Source of the DNA: an uncultured Gemmatimonadales bacterium
GTDB lineage: Bacteria; Gemmatimonadota; Gemmatimonadetes; Gemmatimonadales; GWC2-71-9
DNA length: 64,000 nucleotides
Direction of reading: 5' to 3'
Assembly: GCA_963817715.1 (NCBI GenBank)
Contig: CAWFPG010000005.1
Location: forward strand, 641,187-705,186
The translations under genes and the position numbers were made by a program. This document shows positions 1 to 8,474 of the stretch, one piece after another. The notes below the pieces were generated by a model. That model was not told the origin of the DNA and ran no database searches. It saw only the letters and a list, made by a program, of their open reading frames with translations. Position 1 is the stretch's first letter. Each line of letters starts with the position of its first letter.

Positions 1-532
1 GTTCCTCGAAGCTGCGCCCCAACACCGTGCCGGTTCCTGCCGTCGTCTCCAGCAGGAGCATCACCTCGCCGGGCACCGCCCGGAGCCCCTCGCTGATCGC
101 AGTGGCGTTGCGCTCGAGGCCGGCGTCGTGGTCGTCGATGAAGTTCCCGGGGTGGGAGACAATCCCGTCGAGGCCGAGCGTGGCAGAACGCTGCAGTTCA
201 CCTTGAAACGCTGTTATCGATTTCTGGCGCAATGCCGGGTCCGGTGAGGCGAGGTTGATCAGGTACGAATCATGCGAAACGATGGCGGCAACCGGATGCT
301 CGGCCCGGGCCTCGCGGAATTTCGCCGCGATCTCCGGGGTGATCTCGGGTTCGCGCCACATGTTGGGTGTCTTGGTGAAGATCTGGAGGGCCGTGGCACC
401 GATCGCCGCCCCGCGGGCGGGGGCAGTGGCCGGTCCGCCCTGAATGGAGACGTGGGCCCCTAGCTGCTCGGCGGCGGCCCTCCCCTGCGGTTTCCTGGTT
501 GCTCGAGGCTTCGTGGCTGACTTTCCTCGCAT
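1..532 (-). CDS. nfo: Endonuclease IV (AP endonuclease), N-terminal part; C-terminus runs off the left edge
   Basis: Own minus-strand translation gives LGAHVSIQGG..LQIFTKTPNMW..SHDSYLINLASPD..GIVSHPGNF..LLLETTAGTG, typical Nfo motifs. Absent from the ORF track because there is no stop inside the window. ATG 532 is the first in-frame ATG, so the start is uncertain. Confidence 0.8.
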   Translation of the reverse strand, partial: MRGKSATKPRATRKPQGRAAAEQLGAHVSIQGGPATAPARGAAIGATALQIFTKTPNMWREPEITPEIAAKFREARAEHPVAAIVSHDSYLINLASPDPALRQKSITAFQGELQRSATLGLDGIVSHPGNFIDDHDAGLERNATAISEGLRAVPGEVMLLLETTAGTGTVLGRSFEE

Positions 533-548
533 CGACTCCCCTGAGGTG

Positions 549-1982
549 ATGGCTGGCCGACCCGGGCATCCGAGCCGTGGCCAGCGACCGCTGGTTGTCC
601 TGGTCGGCGACCCGGCCCAGCGTCCCGACCATCTCGAGCGCGACCTGCTCCGGGCCGGTTTCCTGATGGCCGAGGCCGACAGTCCAGCGGCGATCCCGGG
701 CAGGCCCGCGATGGTGCTGGTCTGCTGCTCGGCCCTCGCTCCCGACTGTGGCGAGCTGGTGGCCGCCCTCACCTCGGCCCGCGACAGCGGAGCCCAGGTG
801 GTGGCCCTCATCGCCGGTGGGGTGCCCGACGACCTGGTCCGTGCGGCGGAGACCGGCGCCGACGAGGCGATCCTGCTCCCGGCGGAGTCGGCGATGCTGA
901 TCCCGCGGCTCTGGGCCAGGGTGGTCTCGCCCCGGGTGGTCGCGCACGGCCCAGCCAGCAACGATCTCCGCCTCTTCGAGATTCTGCAACAGGTCGCCAC
1001 TGAACTCCACCGCGACGACATGCTCCATGCCCTGGTGCGGGGGATCTCCCGGAGTCTCGAGGTCCGCTCGGTCTCCTGCCTGCTGCACCACGAAGATGCC
1101 ACCACCGGCCGCCTGGTGGCGGCCAGCGACTCCCCCAAGGTGCGCGACGCCGACACGCTGCTCGAGCGGTGGCCCGAGGCGGTCACGGCGGCCAACCATG
1201 GCGAGACCTTCTACCTCCGCAACGTCGGGATCGACCCGCGATTCGAGGTGGAGCCGGGCCGCCCCCCGCTGGCCGGCCCGCCAGCCGACCTCGACGCCGT
1301 GGCGGCGATCCCGCTCCTGGCGATGGGGCGCCCTGTCGGGACGGTGGTGCTGCGCACCCGACGGGGCGAGACCCCGCTCTCGCCCGGTCAGGTGGCCTTC
1401 GCCGAGCTGGCCGTTTCGGCGACCGGGCGGCTGCTCGAGACCGACGATCGCCGGGGCGCGATCGCCCGCCGCCAGGCCAGCGTGGCCCACGTCGACCCGC
1501 TGACCGGCTGCGGCACCCTCGACGCGCTCGACCAGCGGATCCGCGAGGAGTTCGAGCGGGCACGTCGCTACGAGATGACCTTCGCCCTGGCGCTGCTCGA
1601 TGTCGATGCGATGCGCTTCATCAACGACCGACTCGGTCGCGACGGCGGCCATCGTGTGCTGGCCGACCTCGGCCGGCTGCTGCAGCGCGAGCTGCGCGGT
1701 CCCGACTTCGTGGCCCGCTACGGTGGCGAGGAGTTCGTGCTGCTGCTCCCCGAGACCGACGAAGAGGGGGCCCGCGACATGGTCCGCCGGATCCGATCGC
1801 AGATGGAGTTCGCTGGCCTCGGCGAGGCCCAGCTCGGGATCCGCTGCCGGCTCACCGCCGGCGTGGTCACCTATCCCCATCCGGGGGTGCACAAGCCGGA
1901 GGACCTCTTCGCCCTTGTCGAGGCCGCACTGCTCGATGGCAAGGGGCAGGACGTCGATCGGATCGGCAGCTCGGCGGCGTAG
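549..1982 (+). CDS. Diguanylate cyclase: degenerate receiver-like domain + GAF-like region + GGDEF domain
   Basis: ORF 444..1982. The C-terminus has DPLTGCGTLDALD and RYGGEEFVLLLPETD (GGEEF site). Start set at ATG 549 because 444-532 would overlap the divergent nfo start. Confidence 0.85.
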   Translation: MAGRPGHPSRGQRPLVVLVGDPAQRPDHLERDLLRAGFLMAEADSPAAIPGRPAMVLVCCSALAPDCGELVAALTSARDSGAQVVALIAGGVPDDLVRAAETGADEAILLPAESAMLIPRLWARVVSPRVVAHGPASNDLRLFEILQQVATELHRDDMLHALVRGISRSLEVRSVSCLLHHEDATTGRLVAASDSPKVRDADTLLERWPEAVTAANHGETFYLRNVGIDPRFEVEPGRPPLAGPPADLDAVAAIPLLAMGRPVGTVVLRTRRGETPLSPGQVAFAELAVSATGRLLETDDRRGAIARRQASVAHVDPLTGCGTLDALDQRIREEFERARRYEMTFALALLDVDAMRFINDRLGRDGGHRVLADLGRLLQRELRGPDFVARYGGEEFVLLLPETDEEGARDMVRRIRSQMEFAGLGEAQLGIRCRLTAGVVTYPHPGVHKPEDLFALVEAALLDGKGQDVDRIGSSAA

Positions 1983-1984
1983 GC

Positions 1985-2087
1985 GGAGAACAGAGAACGG
2001 AGAACGGAGAACAGAGAACGGGGATCGGAGGGAGTGGACTCGCACGTCCTCCGCTCTCCGTTCTCTGTTCTCCGTTCTCCGTTCTCC
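1985..2087. repeat. Inverted tandem-heptamer arrays: (GGAGAAC/AGAGAAC)x5-6 at 1985-2026 and (GTTCTCC/GTTCTCT)x5 at 2053-2087; long hairpin, likely bidirectional terminator
   Basis: Units counted directly. The right array is the reverse complement of the left. The element fills the gap between the convergent stops at 1982 and 2089. Confidence 0.9.
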
Positions 2088-2088
2088 G

Positions 2089-3387
2089 TCAGTTCCCCCG
2101 TCGCTGCAGCCAGACCAGCGGATCGAGGGTGATCTGGTTGTCGCCCCGGATCTCGAAATAGAGATGGGGTCCCTGGTCGGAGCCGAGCCCCCCCACCGTA
2201 CCGATCACCTGACCCTTGGCGATCGTGTCACCCTTGTTGACCTCGGTGGTCGAGAGCTGGGAGTAGACCGCGAAGAGGCCGCTGGTGTGCTCCACGATCA
2301 GGGTGAGGCCGTAGGTGCCGAGGCGCTCCTTGAGGAGCACCTTGCCGGCATCGACGGCGTGCACCGCGGACCCCGCGGGGGCACCGATCGCGATCCCGTT
2401 GTGCCGGATGGTGCCGCCGTTGGGGAGCTGCTCGGTGCCGAACTGGTAGAGGATCCGGCCCTCGACCGGCCAGTCGAGCTTGCCGATGTCGGCGGTGCTC
2501 ACGCCGCGGTCGCCGCGTCCGGCGGCGACGTTGGTGTTGCGCCGGGCCCGTTCCAGCGCGGCGAGGATGTCGTTGAGCCGTGCTTCGTCGCGCTCCAGGG
2601 TGGTCAGCTTGGTCTTGGTCTGCTGGCTGTTGCGCTGCAGGGTGCGCAGGGTGCTCTGTTGCTCCTGCATCAGGTCGCCGTAGCGCTGCAGCTCCGACTC
2701 GCGCTCCTGGCGGCGACGATCGAGCTGGTTCTGGATGCCCAGGAGCTGGTTGCGCTGGCGGCGGACCCGCTCGGTGAGTCGTTCGACCTCGGTGACCAGG
2801 GTGCGGTCCTGGCGTGAGGTGAGATAGAGGTACTTGTAGCGGGTCAGCAGGTCGCCGAACGATTCCGCAGTGAGCAACACCTGGAACGTGTAGAGCGGCC
2901 CTCGCTTGTAGATGTCGGCGAGCCGGCGGCGCAGCACGGCCTTGCGCTCGGCCAGGTTGTCCTCGGCGAGTGCGACCTCGGAGGCCGAGCCCTCGAGTTG
3001 CGAGCCGAGTCCCCGGATCTGGCGCTCGATCTCGGTGACCAGTTCGTTGGTGTTGTTGCGCTGCCGCTGCAGGTTGCGAAGCTGGGCATTGACGTCGGTC
3101 ACCCGACCCTGGAGTCGCTGCTGCTGCTCAAGGAGCTGTTGGCGCTCGCGACGGATCTGCTGGAGCCGCTCCCGCGAGCGCTGGAGCTCGGGGTTGTCCT
3201 GGGCGTGGAGTGGCGGCGCGACCGCGAGGAGGAGGAGCGCGAAGGCGAGCAGGCGGGAGAGCGCGAAGGCGAATCCGGAACGCTGCCGGCTCGCTTGCGA
3301 GCCGGCCGATCTCAGCTTTCGATCGGCATCGGCCGTGCCGCGAGCGACGCGGCAGCTTCGCGCGCTCGTCGTCCCGCCGTCTCGCAC
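2089..3387 (-). CDS. Coiled-coil protein with degenerate LytM/M23 domain (EnvC-like amidase activator)
   Basis: C-terminal part of ORF 2089..4335. It has a signal/anchor segment FAFALSRLLAFALLLLAVAPPLHAQ and a long Q/R/L/E-rich coiled coil. The LytM domain reads IRHNGIAIGAP (Asp of HxxxD replaced by Ala) and GPHLYFEIR (HxH degenerate). GTG 3387 lies 2 nt after the ftsX stop. Confidence 0.8.
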   Translation of the reverse strand: MRDGGTTSARSCRVARGTADADRKLRSAGSQASRQRSGFAFALSRLLAFALLLLAVAPPLHAQDNPELQRSRERLQQIRRERQQLLEQQQRLQGRVTDVNAQLRNLQRQRNNTNELVTEIERQIRGLGSQLEGSASEVALAEDNLAERKAVLRRRLADIYKRGPLYTFQVLLTAESFGDLLTRYKYLYLTSRQDRTLVTEVERLTERVRRQRNQLLGIQNQLDRRRQERESELQRYGDLMQEQQSTLRTLQRNSQQTKTKLTTLERDEARLNDILAALERARRNTNVAAGRGDRGVSTADIGKLDWPVEGRILYQFGTEQLPNGGTIRHNGIAIGAPAGSAVHAVDAGKVLLKERLGTYGLTLIVEHTSGLFAVYSQLSTTEVNKGDTIAKGQVIGTVGGLGSDQGPHLYFEIRGDNQITLDPLVWLQRRGN

Positions 3388-3389
3388 GG

Positions 3390-4259
3390 CTAGACCTTCC
3401 TCAGGTGCCGGCCGACGCTCACCAGCGACCCGCCGAGGCCGATCACGATCCCGAAGGCGAGGAACGCGAGCGCCTGGGGGACGGAGAAGAAGGTGAGGCC
3501 CACGCCGAGGCCGAGTCCCTGGGCCCGGAAGCCGAGGAAGACGGCGTAGCAGAGCGCCCAGGCGAGGAGGCCGCCGAGGAAGCCCTTGAGGGCGCCCTCG
3601 AGCAGGAAGGGGCCGCGGATGAACCAGTCGGTGGCGCCGACCAGCCGCATGATGGTGATCTCGCGGGCACGCTGGAGCACGGTGATGCGGATGGTGATCC
3701 CGATGATCACCACCGAGACCAGCGCGAAGGCGAGCCCGATCGAGAGACCGACCAGGCCGGCGACGGTCCGCAGCCGGTCGAGCTGCTCGACCCACTCCTG
3801 GCCGTAGCGGACGTCGTCGACAAACGGGAAGCCCCGGAGTCGCTCGGCGAGGTCCTTGATGTGCGCGGCATCGCGGAAGCCAGGCTTGAGCCGCAACTCG
3901 ATCGAGGGCGGCAGGGGATTGACCTCGAGATCCTCGTACGCGTCGCGAAACTCGACCAGTTCGCGGCGCGCCCGCGCCAGGGCCGAGTCCTCCGACACAT
4001 AGCCGACGCTCTGCACCTCGGGGAAGGCGCCGATGTCCTCCATGGCGACCGCGAGCGACTGGCTCGGCGTGCCGCGGAGGACGAAGGCCACCACCTCGAC
4101 GCGTTCCTCGAGCCCGCCGATGGCGCCGCGAAGGTTGAGCAGCACCAGGCCGAAGAGGCCGGTCACGAAGAGCGCAAAGGCGATGGTGGTGACCGACAGG
4201 ATCGACAGCGTGCGGGTGCGCCGGAAGGCGAGCAGGGCCTCGCGCCAGAGCAGCTTCAC
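3390..4259 (-). CDS. ftsX: Cell-division ABC transporter permease FtsX
   Basis: ORF track 289 aa with typical FtsX topology and N-terminus MKLLWREALLAFRRTR. There is a 4-nt overlap with the ftsE stop. Confidence 0.85.
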   Translation of the reverse strand: MKLLWREALLAFRRTRTLSILSVTTIAFALFVTGLFGLVLLNLRGAIGGLEERVEVVAFVLRGTPSQSLAVAMEDIGAFPEVQSVGYVSEDSALARARRELVEFRDAYEDLEVNPLPPSIELRLKPGFRDAAHIKDLAERLRGFPFVDDVRYGQEWVEQLDRLRTVAGLVGLSIGLAFALVSVVIIGITIRITVLQRAREITIMRLVGATDWFIRGPFLLEGALKGFLGGLLAWALCYAVFLGFRAQGLGLGVGLTFFSVPQALAFLAFGIVIGLGGSLVSVGRHLRKV

Positions 4260-4942
4260 AGCGCCTCCCCGAGGTCGGCGGTCGAGTCGAAGACCAGCCG
4301 GCCGTCGCGCAGCTCGAGGATCCGGTGCCCCGCATGGCGGACCAGGTCGAGGTCGTGGGTGGCCATCAGCACCACCGTGCCGGCCTCGTTGATCTCGCGC
4401 AGCAACTGGAAGACGCCGCGGGTGGCGCGCTCGTCGAGGTTGCCGGTCGGCTCGTCGGCCAGCAGCACCGGCGGGTCGTTGACCAGTGCCCGGGCGATCG
4501 CGACACGCTGCTGCTCGCCACCGGAGAGTTCGCGCGGAAAGGCGTCGGCCTTGGGCAGCAGGCCAACCTGGTCGAGCACCCGCTTCACCCGGGCCGGAAT
4601 CACGTCGGCACGCGCGTTGGTGACCTCGAGGGCGAAGGCGATGTTCTCCGCGGCGGTGCGGTCCTCGAGCAACCGGAAGTCCTGGAAGACGATCCCCAGC
4701 CGGCGGCGGAGGCGCGGCACCTCGTCGCGCCGGAGTCGGGTGATCGCGAAGCCGGAGACCCGCACGTCGCCGGAGGTCGGCTGTTCCTCGGCGTACATCA
4801 GCTTGAGCACGGTCGACTTGCCGGCGCCGGAATGGCCGGTGAGGAAGACGAACTCGCCGCGTCCCACGTGGAAGGTGAGCGCATCGAGGGCGGCGGCCGT
4901 CCCCGACGGGTACTGCTTGGTGACCTTGGTAAAGCGGATCAT
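4256..4942 (-). CDS. ftsE: Cell-division ABC transporter ATPase FtsE
   Basis: MIRFTKVTKQY.., Walker A GHSGAGKST, signature LSGGEQQR, Walker B VLLADEPTG. Confidence 0.92.
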   Translation of the reverse strand: MIRFTKVTKQYPSGTAAALDALTFHVGRGEFVFLTGHSGAGKSTVLKLMYAEEQPTSGDVRVSGFAITRLRRDEVPRLRRRLGIVFQDFRLLEDRTAAENIAFALEVTNARADVIPARVKRVLDQVGLLPKADAFPRELSGGEQQRVAIARALVNDPPVLLADEPTGNLDERATRGVFQLLREINEAGTVVLMATHDLDLVRHAGHRILELRDGRLVFDSTADLGEAL

Positions 4943-4955
4943 GACGCCGGCTCCG

Positions 4956-6098
4956 TCACAGTGCCTGTTCCAGGTCGGCGATCAGGTCGGCCGCATCCTC
5001 GCAGCCGCAGGAGAGCCGCATGAAGCCGTCGGGGATACCCATCGCGGCGCGCTCCTCGGGGGACAGCGTCTTGTGCGAGGTGAGTCGCGGTTCGCTGATC
5101 AGCGACTCGACCCCGGCCAGCGAGGGGGCGTGCATCACCACCCGAAGCCGGCTGCAAAAGCGCTGGGCCGCGGCCCCGCTGCGCAGCTGGAGGCCGAGCA
5201 TGCCACCAAAGCCATCAAGCACGGTGCGGGCGATCTCGTGATCGGGGTGCGACGCGAGCCCCGGCCAGTGCACCGCCGTGAACTCGCTGCGGCCGGTGGC
5301 CCACTCGGCGATCGCGGCGGCGTTGGTGGTCGCGCGCTCGACCCGGAGTGCCAGCGTCTTCATGCCGCGCTCCACCAGCCAGGCCGCGTGCGGGTCGATC
5401 GACGGGCCCCAATTGCGCAGCAGTCGGGTCACCTCGTCGATCACCGAGGCGCTTCCCGCCACCGCGCCGGCGATCACGTCAGTGTGACCGGCGAGGTACT
5501 TCGTCGCGCTGGTGATCACCACGTCGGCGCCGTGCTCGAGCGGCCGCAAGTTGATCGGCGAGGCGAAGGTCGCATCGACCAGCAGCGCCAACCCGCGGTC
5601 GGCGCTCACCTTGGCAATTGCCGGCAGGTCGAGCACCCGGGCCAGCGGATTGGTCACCGCCTCGACGAAGATTGCCCGGGTCGTCTTCCGGATCGCCTTG
5701 CGCCAGTCGCGGGGCTGGTCGGGATCGACGTAGCTCACCGCGATGCCGTGGCGACCGAACTCCTGGTCGAAGAGCGCGCGGGTGCCGCCGTAGATCCAGC
5801 GTGAGGCGAGCAGGTGGTCGCCCGGCCTGAGCACCGCGAGATGGGCCAGCGCCGTGGCGGCCATGCCGCTGGCGAGGAAGATCGACCGCTCGGCGCCCTC
5901 CAGCGCCGCGTAGCGCCGAGCCACCTCGATCTGGTTGGGGTTGTTGCCGTAGCGGGTGTAGCGCACCTCCTCGGTGCTGCCAGGCGGATTGCGGAAGGTG
6001 GTGCTCTGGTAGATCGGGGTGACCGCCGGATCGCCCGGTTCACCGCTGCGGGGCGGACCGTGGATGGCCAGGGTCGAGGGGCCGGGACGCCGGGTCAC
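4956..6098 (-). CDS. PLP-dependent Cys/Met-metabolism enzyme (cystathionine gamma-synthase/beta- or gamma-lyase family)
   Basis: 380 aa with TPIYQSTTF and the PLP-lysine motif SATKYLAGHTDVIAG. Exact specificity cannot be decided from sequence by eye. Confidence 0.85.
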   Translation of the reverse strand: MTRRPGPSTLAIHGPPRSGEPGDPAVTPIYQSTTFRNPPGSTEEVRYTRYGNNPNQIEVARRYAALEGAERSIFLASGMAATALAHLAVLRPGDHLLASRWIYGGTRALFDQEFGRHGIAVSYVDPDQPRDWRKAIRKTTRAIFVEAVTNPLARVLDLPAIAKVSADRGLALLVDATFASPINLRPLEHGADVVITSATKYLAGHTDVIAGAVAGSASVIDEVTRLLRNWGPSIDPHAAWLVERGMKTLALRVERATTNAAAIAEWATGRSEFTAVHWPGLASHPDHEIARTVLDGFGGMLGLQLRSGAAAQRFCSRLRVVMHAPSLAGVESLISEPRLTSHKTLSPEERAAMGIPDGFMRLSCGCEDAADLIADLEQAL

Positions 6099-6640
6099 GC
6101 GAGGACTCCGAGCTCGTAGGTTGCGTCGGGGTTGGCGAGGATGCAGCGCGAGGCGGCGAGGCCGTCAAGCGCCCGGCGGGTGCGCAGCTCGGGCCAGCTG
6201 AGGCGCTCGGCGATGGGGCCGGTCGTGGCGCGGCGCACCACTTCGAGGATCGCGAAGGCCGCGCGCCAGTCGTCGGGGACCTCGCCGAGGAGTCGCGGCC
6301 GGTCGGTCTGGTCGTCGATCGCCACCACGGCGAGGCCGTGCCGGCTCAGCGCATGGTCGATCGCCTCGGCCTGATCCTCCCGCACCCCCGAGAGGATCAC
6401 CCGGGTCACCGGCAGCTCATGCAGCGCGGCGACGAGCTTGGCGACCACTTCGTCGGCACAGGAGAAGTCGACCAGGCCGATTCGCGAGAAGTCGAGCAGC
6501 GCCTCGGTGCGGTCGTGGCGTCGGAGGGTGGAGACCAGCCGGTGGCGCACGGCGGCACCAGTCGGCCTGGTGACGAGGTCGCGATACGCCGCCGTGGTCG
6601 CCTCGCGCAGCACCGCGTCGAGCGGAATCACCCCGTTCAT
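6095..6640 (-). CDS. STAS-like (DUF4325-type) protein with C-terminal winged-helix-like tail
   Basis: Last 181 codons of ORF 6095..8251 starting MNGVIPLDAVLRE. LLDFSRIGLVDFSCADEVVAKLV resembles STAS-like DUF4325. ATGA overlap with the upstream gene stop and 4-nt overlap with the downstream start. Confidence 0.6.
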   Translation of the reverse strand: MNGVIPLDAVLREATTAAYRDLVTRPTGAAVRHRLVSTLRRHDRTEALLDFSRIGLVDFSCADEVVAKLVAALHELPVTRVILSGVREDQAEAIDHALSRHGLAVVAIDDQTDRPRLLGEVPDDWRAAFAILEVVRRATTGPIAERLSWPELRTRRALDGLAASRCILANPDATYELGVLA

Positions 6641-7530
6641 CCGTTGGTCTCCTTGCCCGGGATCACGATCGTCACCTGCGAGCCGGGGAACCAAGCCAGC
6701 CCCTCGGTCATCGGGGGCTCGTCGTCCCACGACGGGACGATCGCCACCCGCGCCGTCCCGCTGCGAATGCTGATCTTCCCCTGCCAGCGTGCAAGGTAGC
6801 GCTTGGTGCCCGCCAGGCCCTGCCCGCGTCCCGGATCGCGGAAGCGCGAGATGCCGTGAATCAGCGCCGTCTCGATCGCCAGGCCGTCGCTCCAGCGGTC
6901 GCCGAACCGGCGCGCCTGGGTTGCCTCGAGTGAGCGGCGGAAGCCGATCCCGGCGTCGCTCACCGCGATCACCGCCACCTTGCGACCCAGCCGCCGCCGG
7001 AAGTTGTAGACATGGACCGCGACCCAGCCGCCGGTCCCCGCGTGCTCGACGATGTTCTGGCAGGTCTCCGAGAGCGACTGGCCAAAGCCGCCGACGACCG
7101 CGGCCTCGAGGCCGAGCTCGTCGCGCAGGATCCGGGTGGAGCGCTCGGTCACCTTGCCGACGACCTCGTGCACGTCCTTCGCCTCCCGGACCGGGGTGAT
7201 CGGCAGCAGCACGTCGCTCTGCTCCTCGGCCCGACGGCGCGGCACCTTGCCGTGCAGCTCGAAGTACGGTTCGGCGTGCGCCAGGAAGCCGACCTTGGCC
7301 CAATACGATGCCACGTCGCTGGCAGGCAGGGCCAGCCGGGGCTGCGGCGCGCCTTCCTCCTGCAGCGCCTGTCCGAGGGTGAGCAGCGCAACGAACCCCG
7401 CCGGCGACGCCCACTCGGTCGCGTGGGCATCGATCAGCAACCGGTCGGGCGGCCACTCGGGGAGGGCGGCCGCGAGCTGGTCCACCGAGCGGTGGTCGAG
7501 ATGACTGGGTACGGTCACGACCTGCATCAC
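6637..7530 (-). CDS. GHKL-type ATP-binding protein (RsbW/SpoIIAB-like serine kinase fold) with N-terminal STAS-like region
   Basis: 297 aa with N-box ETCQNIVEHAG, G1 IAVSDAGIGF and G2 GRGQGLAGTKRYL. GTG 7530 or ATG 7527 overlaps the PfkB stop. Confidence 0.7.
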   Translation of the reverse strand: MMQVVTVPSHLDHRSVDQLAAALPEWPPDRLLIDAHATEWASPAGFVALLTLGQALQEEGAPQPRLALPASDVASYWAKVGFLAHAEPYFELHGKVPRRRAEEQSDVLLPITPVREAKDVHEVVGKVTERSTRILRDELGLEAAVVGGFGQSLSETCQNIVEHAGTGGWVAVHVYNFRRRLGRKVAVIAVSDAGIGFRRSLEATQARRFGDRWSDGLAIETALIHGISRFRDPGRGQGLAGTKRYLARWQGKISIRSGTARVAIVPSWDDEPPMTEGLAWFPGSQVTIVIPGKETNG

Positions 7531-8474
7531 GCCTCCACCAGACGGCCACGAAGGTGATGGGCGAGTCCGGTCGCCCCCCGGAAGGTGGCATTGCGGGCCG
7601 CTGCGCGCGATGCCCCGGCCAGGGCCACCTCGAGCCGGTCACCGGCGAGCAACCGCGCAAAGCAGGTTGCCCCGAACACATCGCCGCATCCCGTGGGGTC
7701 GATCGCCTCCACCGCCACCGCCTCGACGCGCTCGGTGCGGATGGTGGCACCGGTGGCCGCCGTGCGGGCCGCCAGGGTGGTGAACCCCGGTCGGGCCACG
7801 TAGGCGGCGCCCTGGGCTCCGAGGGTGACCACCAGCAGCGAGACACCGGCGGCGAGTGCCTCGACCGCCACCGCCATCGGGTCGGGGCCGAGCTGGCGCA
7901 TCTCGTCCTCGTTGAGCTGGATGGCATCGAAGCAGCTGAACCACGTTGCTGCCCCCGCCAGTGGCTGCAGCCGCCGAATCCCGTCGGGCTCGGTGCCGAG
8001 CAGCAGCGAGTGGAAATCGCCGAAGATCGGGCCGGCGAAGCCGTGCCGCAGCGCCTCGGCGGTACCCATGGGCAGTTCGAAGCCGCTGATGAAGTTGCAG
8101 TAGATCGCATCGAGGTCGCCGACCAGCGGACCCAGCTCGGGCCAGGTCCATGCCGGGACTCCGCCCGACATCCGTTCGCAGCGTCGCTCGGTCGATTCGT
8201 AGCGGAGCACCACCCGGTTGTTGGCCACCGGCACCTCGACGCAGCGGCCACCGGGGACGAGGCGGGTCAGGGTGCCCAGCAGGGTCGCGGCGCGCGGGGC
8301 GAGGTCGCGACCGACCTTGATGAGCGGCACCACCTCCCAGTCGTCGGGCAGCGAGGCGTCGAGCGCGGCCAGCGCATAGGCGATCCCTCCCCACTCCTCG
8401 ACCGGCGGGGCGAGGGGGTCACGTCCGTGGATTTCATCCCAGACGAGCGAGCCGATGACGCCGACGCGGGGCAT
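7527..8474 (-). CDS. PfkB-family carbohydrate/nucleoside kinase
   Basis: C-terminal 315 codons of ORF 7527..9086 from MPRVGVIGSLVWDEI. The PfkB signature DPTGCGDVFGATCFA lies near the C-terminus. The start overlaps the ROK stop by 1 nt. Confidence 0.75.
   Translation of the reverse strand: MPRVGVIGSLVWDEIHGRDPLAPPVEEWGGIAYALAALDASLPDDWEVVPLIKVGRDLAPRAATLLGTLTRLVPGGRCVEVPVANNRVVLRYESTERRCERMSGGVPAWTWPELGPLVGDLDAIYCNFISGFELPMGTAEALRHGFAGPIFGDFHSLLLGTEPDGIRRLQPLAGAATWFSCFDAIQLNEDEMRQLGPDPMAVAVEALAAGVSLLVVTLGAQGAAYVARPGFTTLAARTAATGATIRTERVEAVAVEAIDPTGCGDVFGATCFARLLAGDRLEVALAGASRAAARNATFRGATGLAHHLRGRLVEA

Noticed and set aside
444-548. Upstream extension of the GGDEF gene to ATG 444
   Set aside because: It would overlap the divergent nfo N-terminus on the opposite strand and encodes a Cys/Ala-rich peptide without features. 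ATG 549 is preferred, but this is not proven.
270-2045. 591-aa minus-strand ORF covering the whole GGDEF gene
   Set aside because: Its Arg/Gly/Pro/His-rich translation is low-complexity with no motifs. It is antisense to a gene with clear GAF/GGDEF motifs, so it is a typical high-GC shadow ORF.
2089-4335. 748-aa ORF suggesting one giant M23 protein
   Set aside because: Only the last ~433 codons make sense (signal anchor, coiled coil, LytM). The upstream part overlaps ftsX and ftsE, which have strong motifs in another frame.
6641-8251. Upstream ~540 codons of the 718-aa ORF 6095..8251
   Set aside because: The sequence is Arg/Pro/Gly-rich nonsense overlapping the GHKL and PfkB genes. The real gene begins at ATG 6640 with ATGA coupling.
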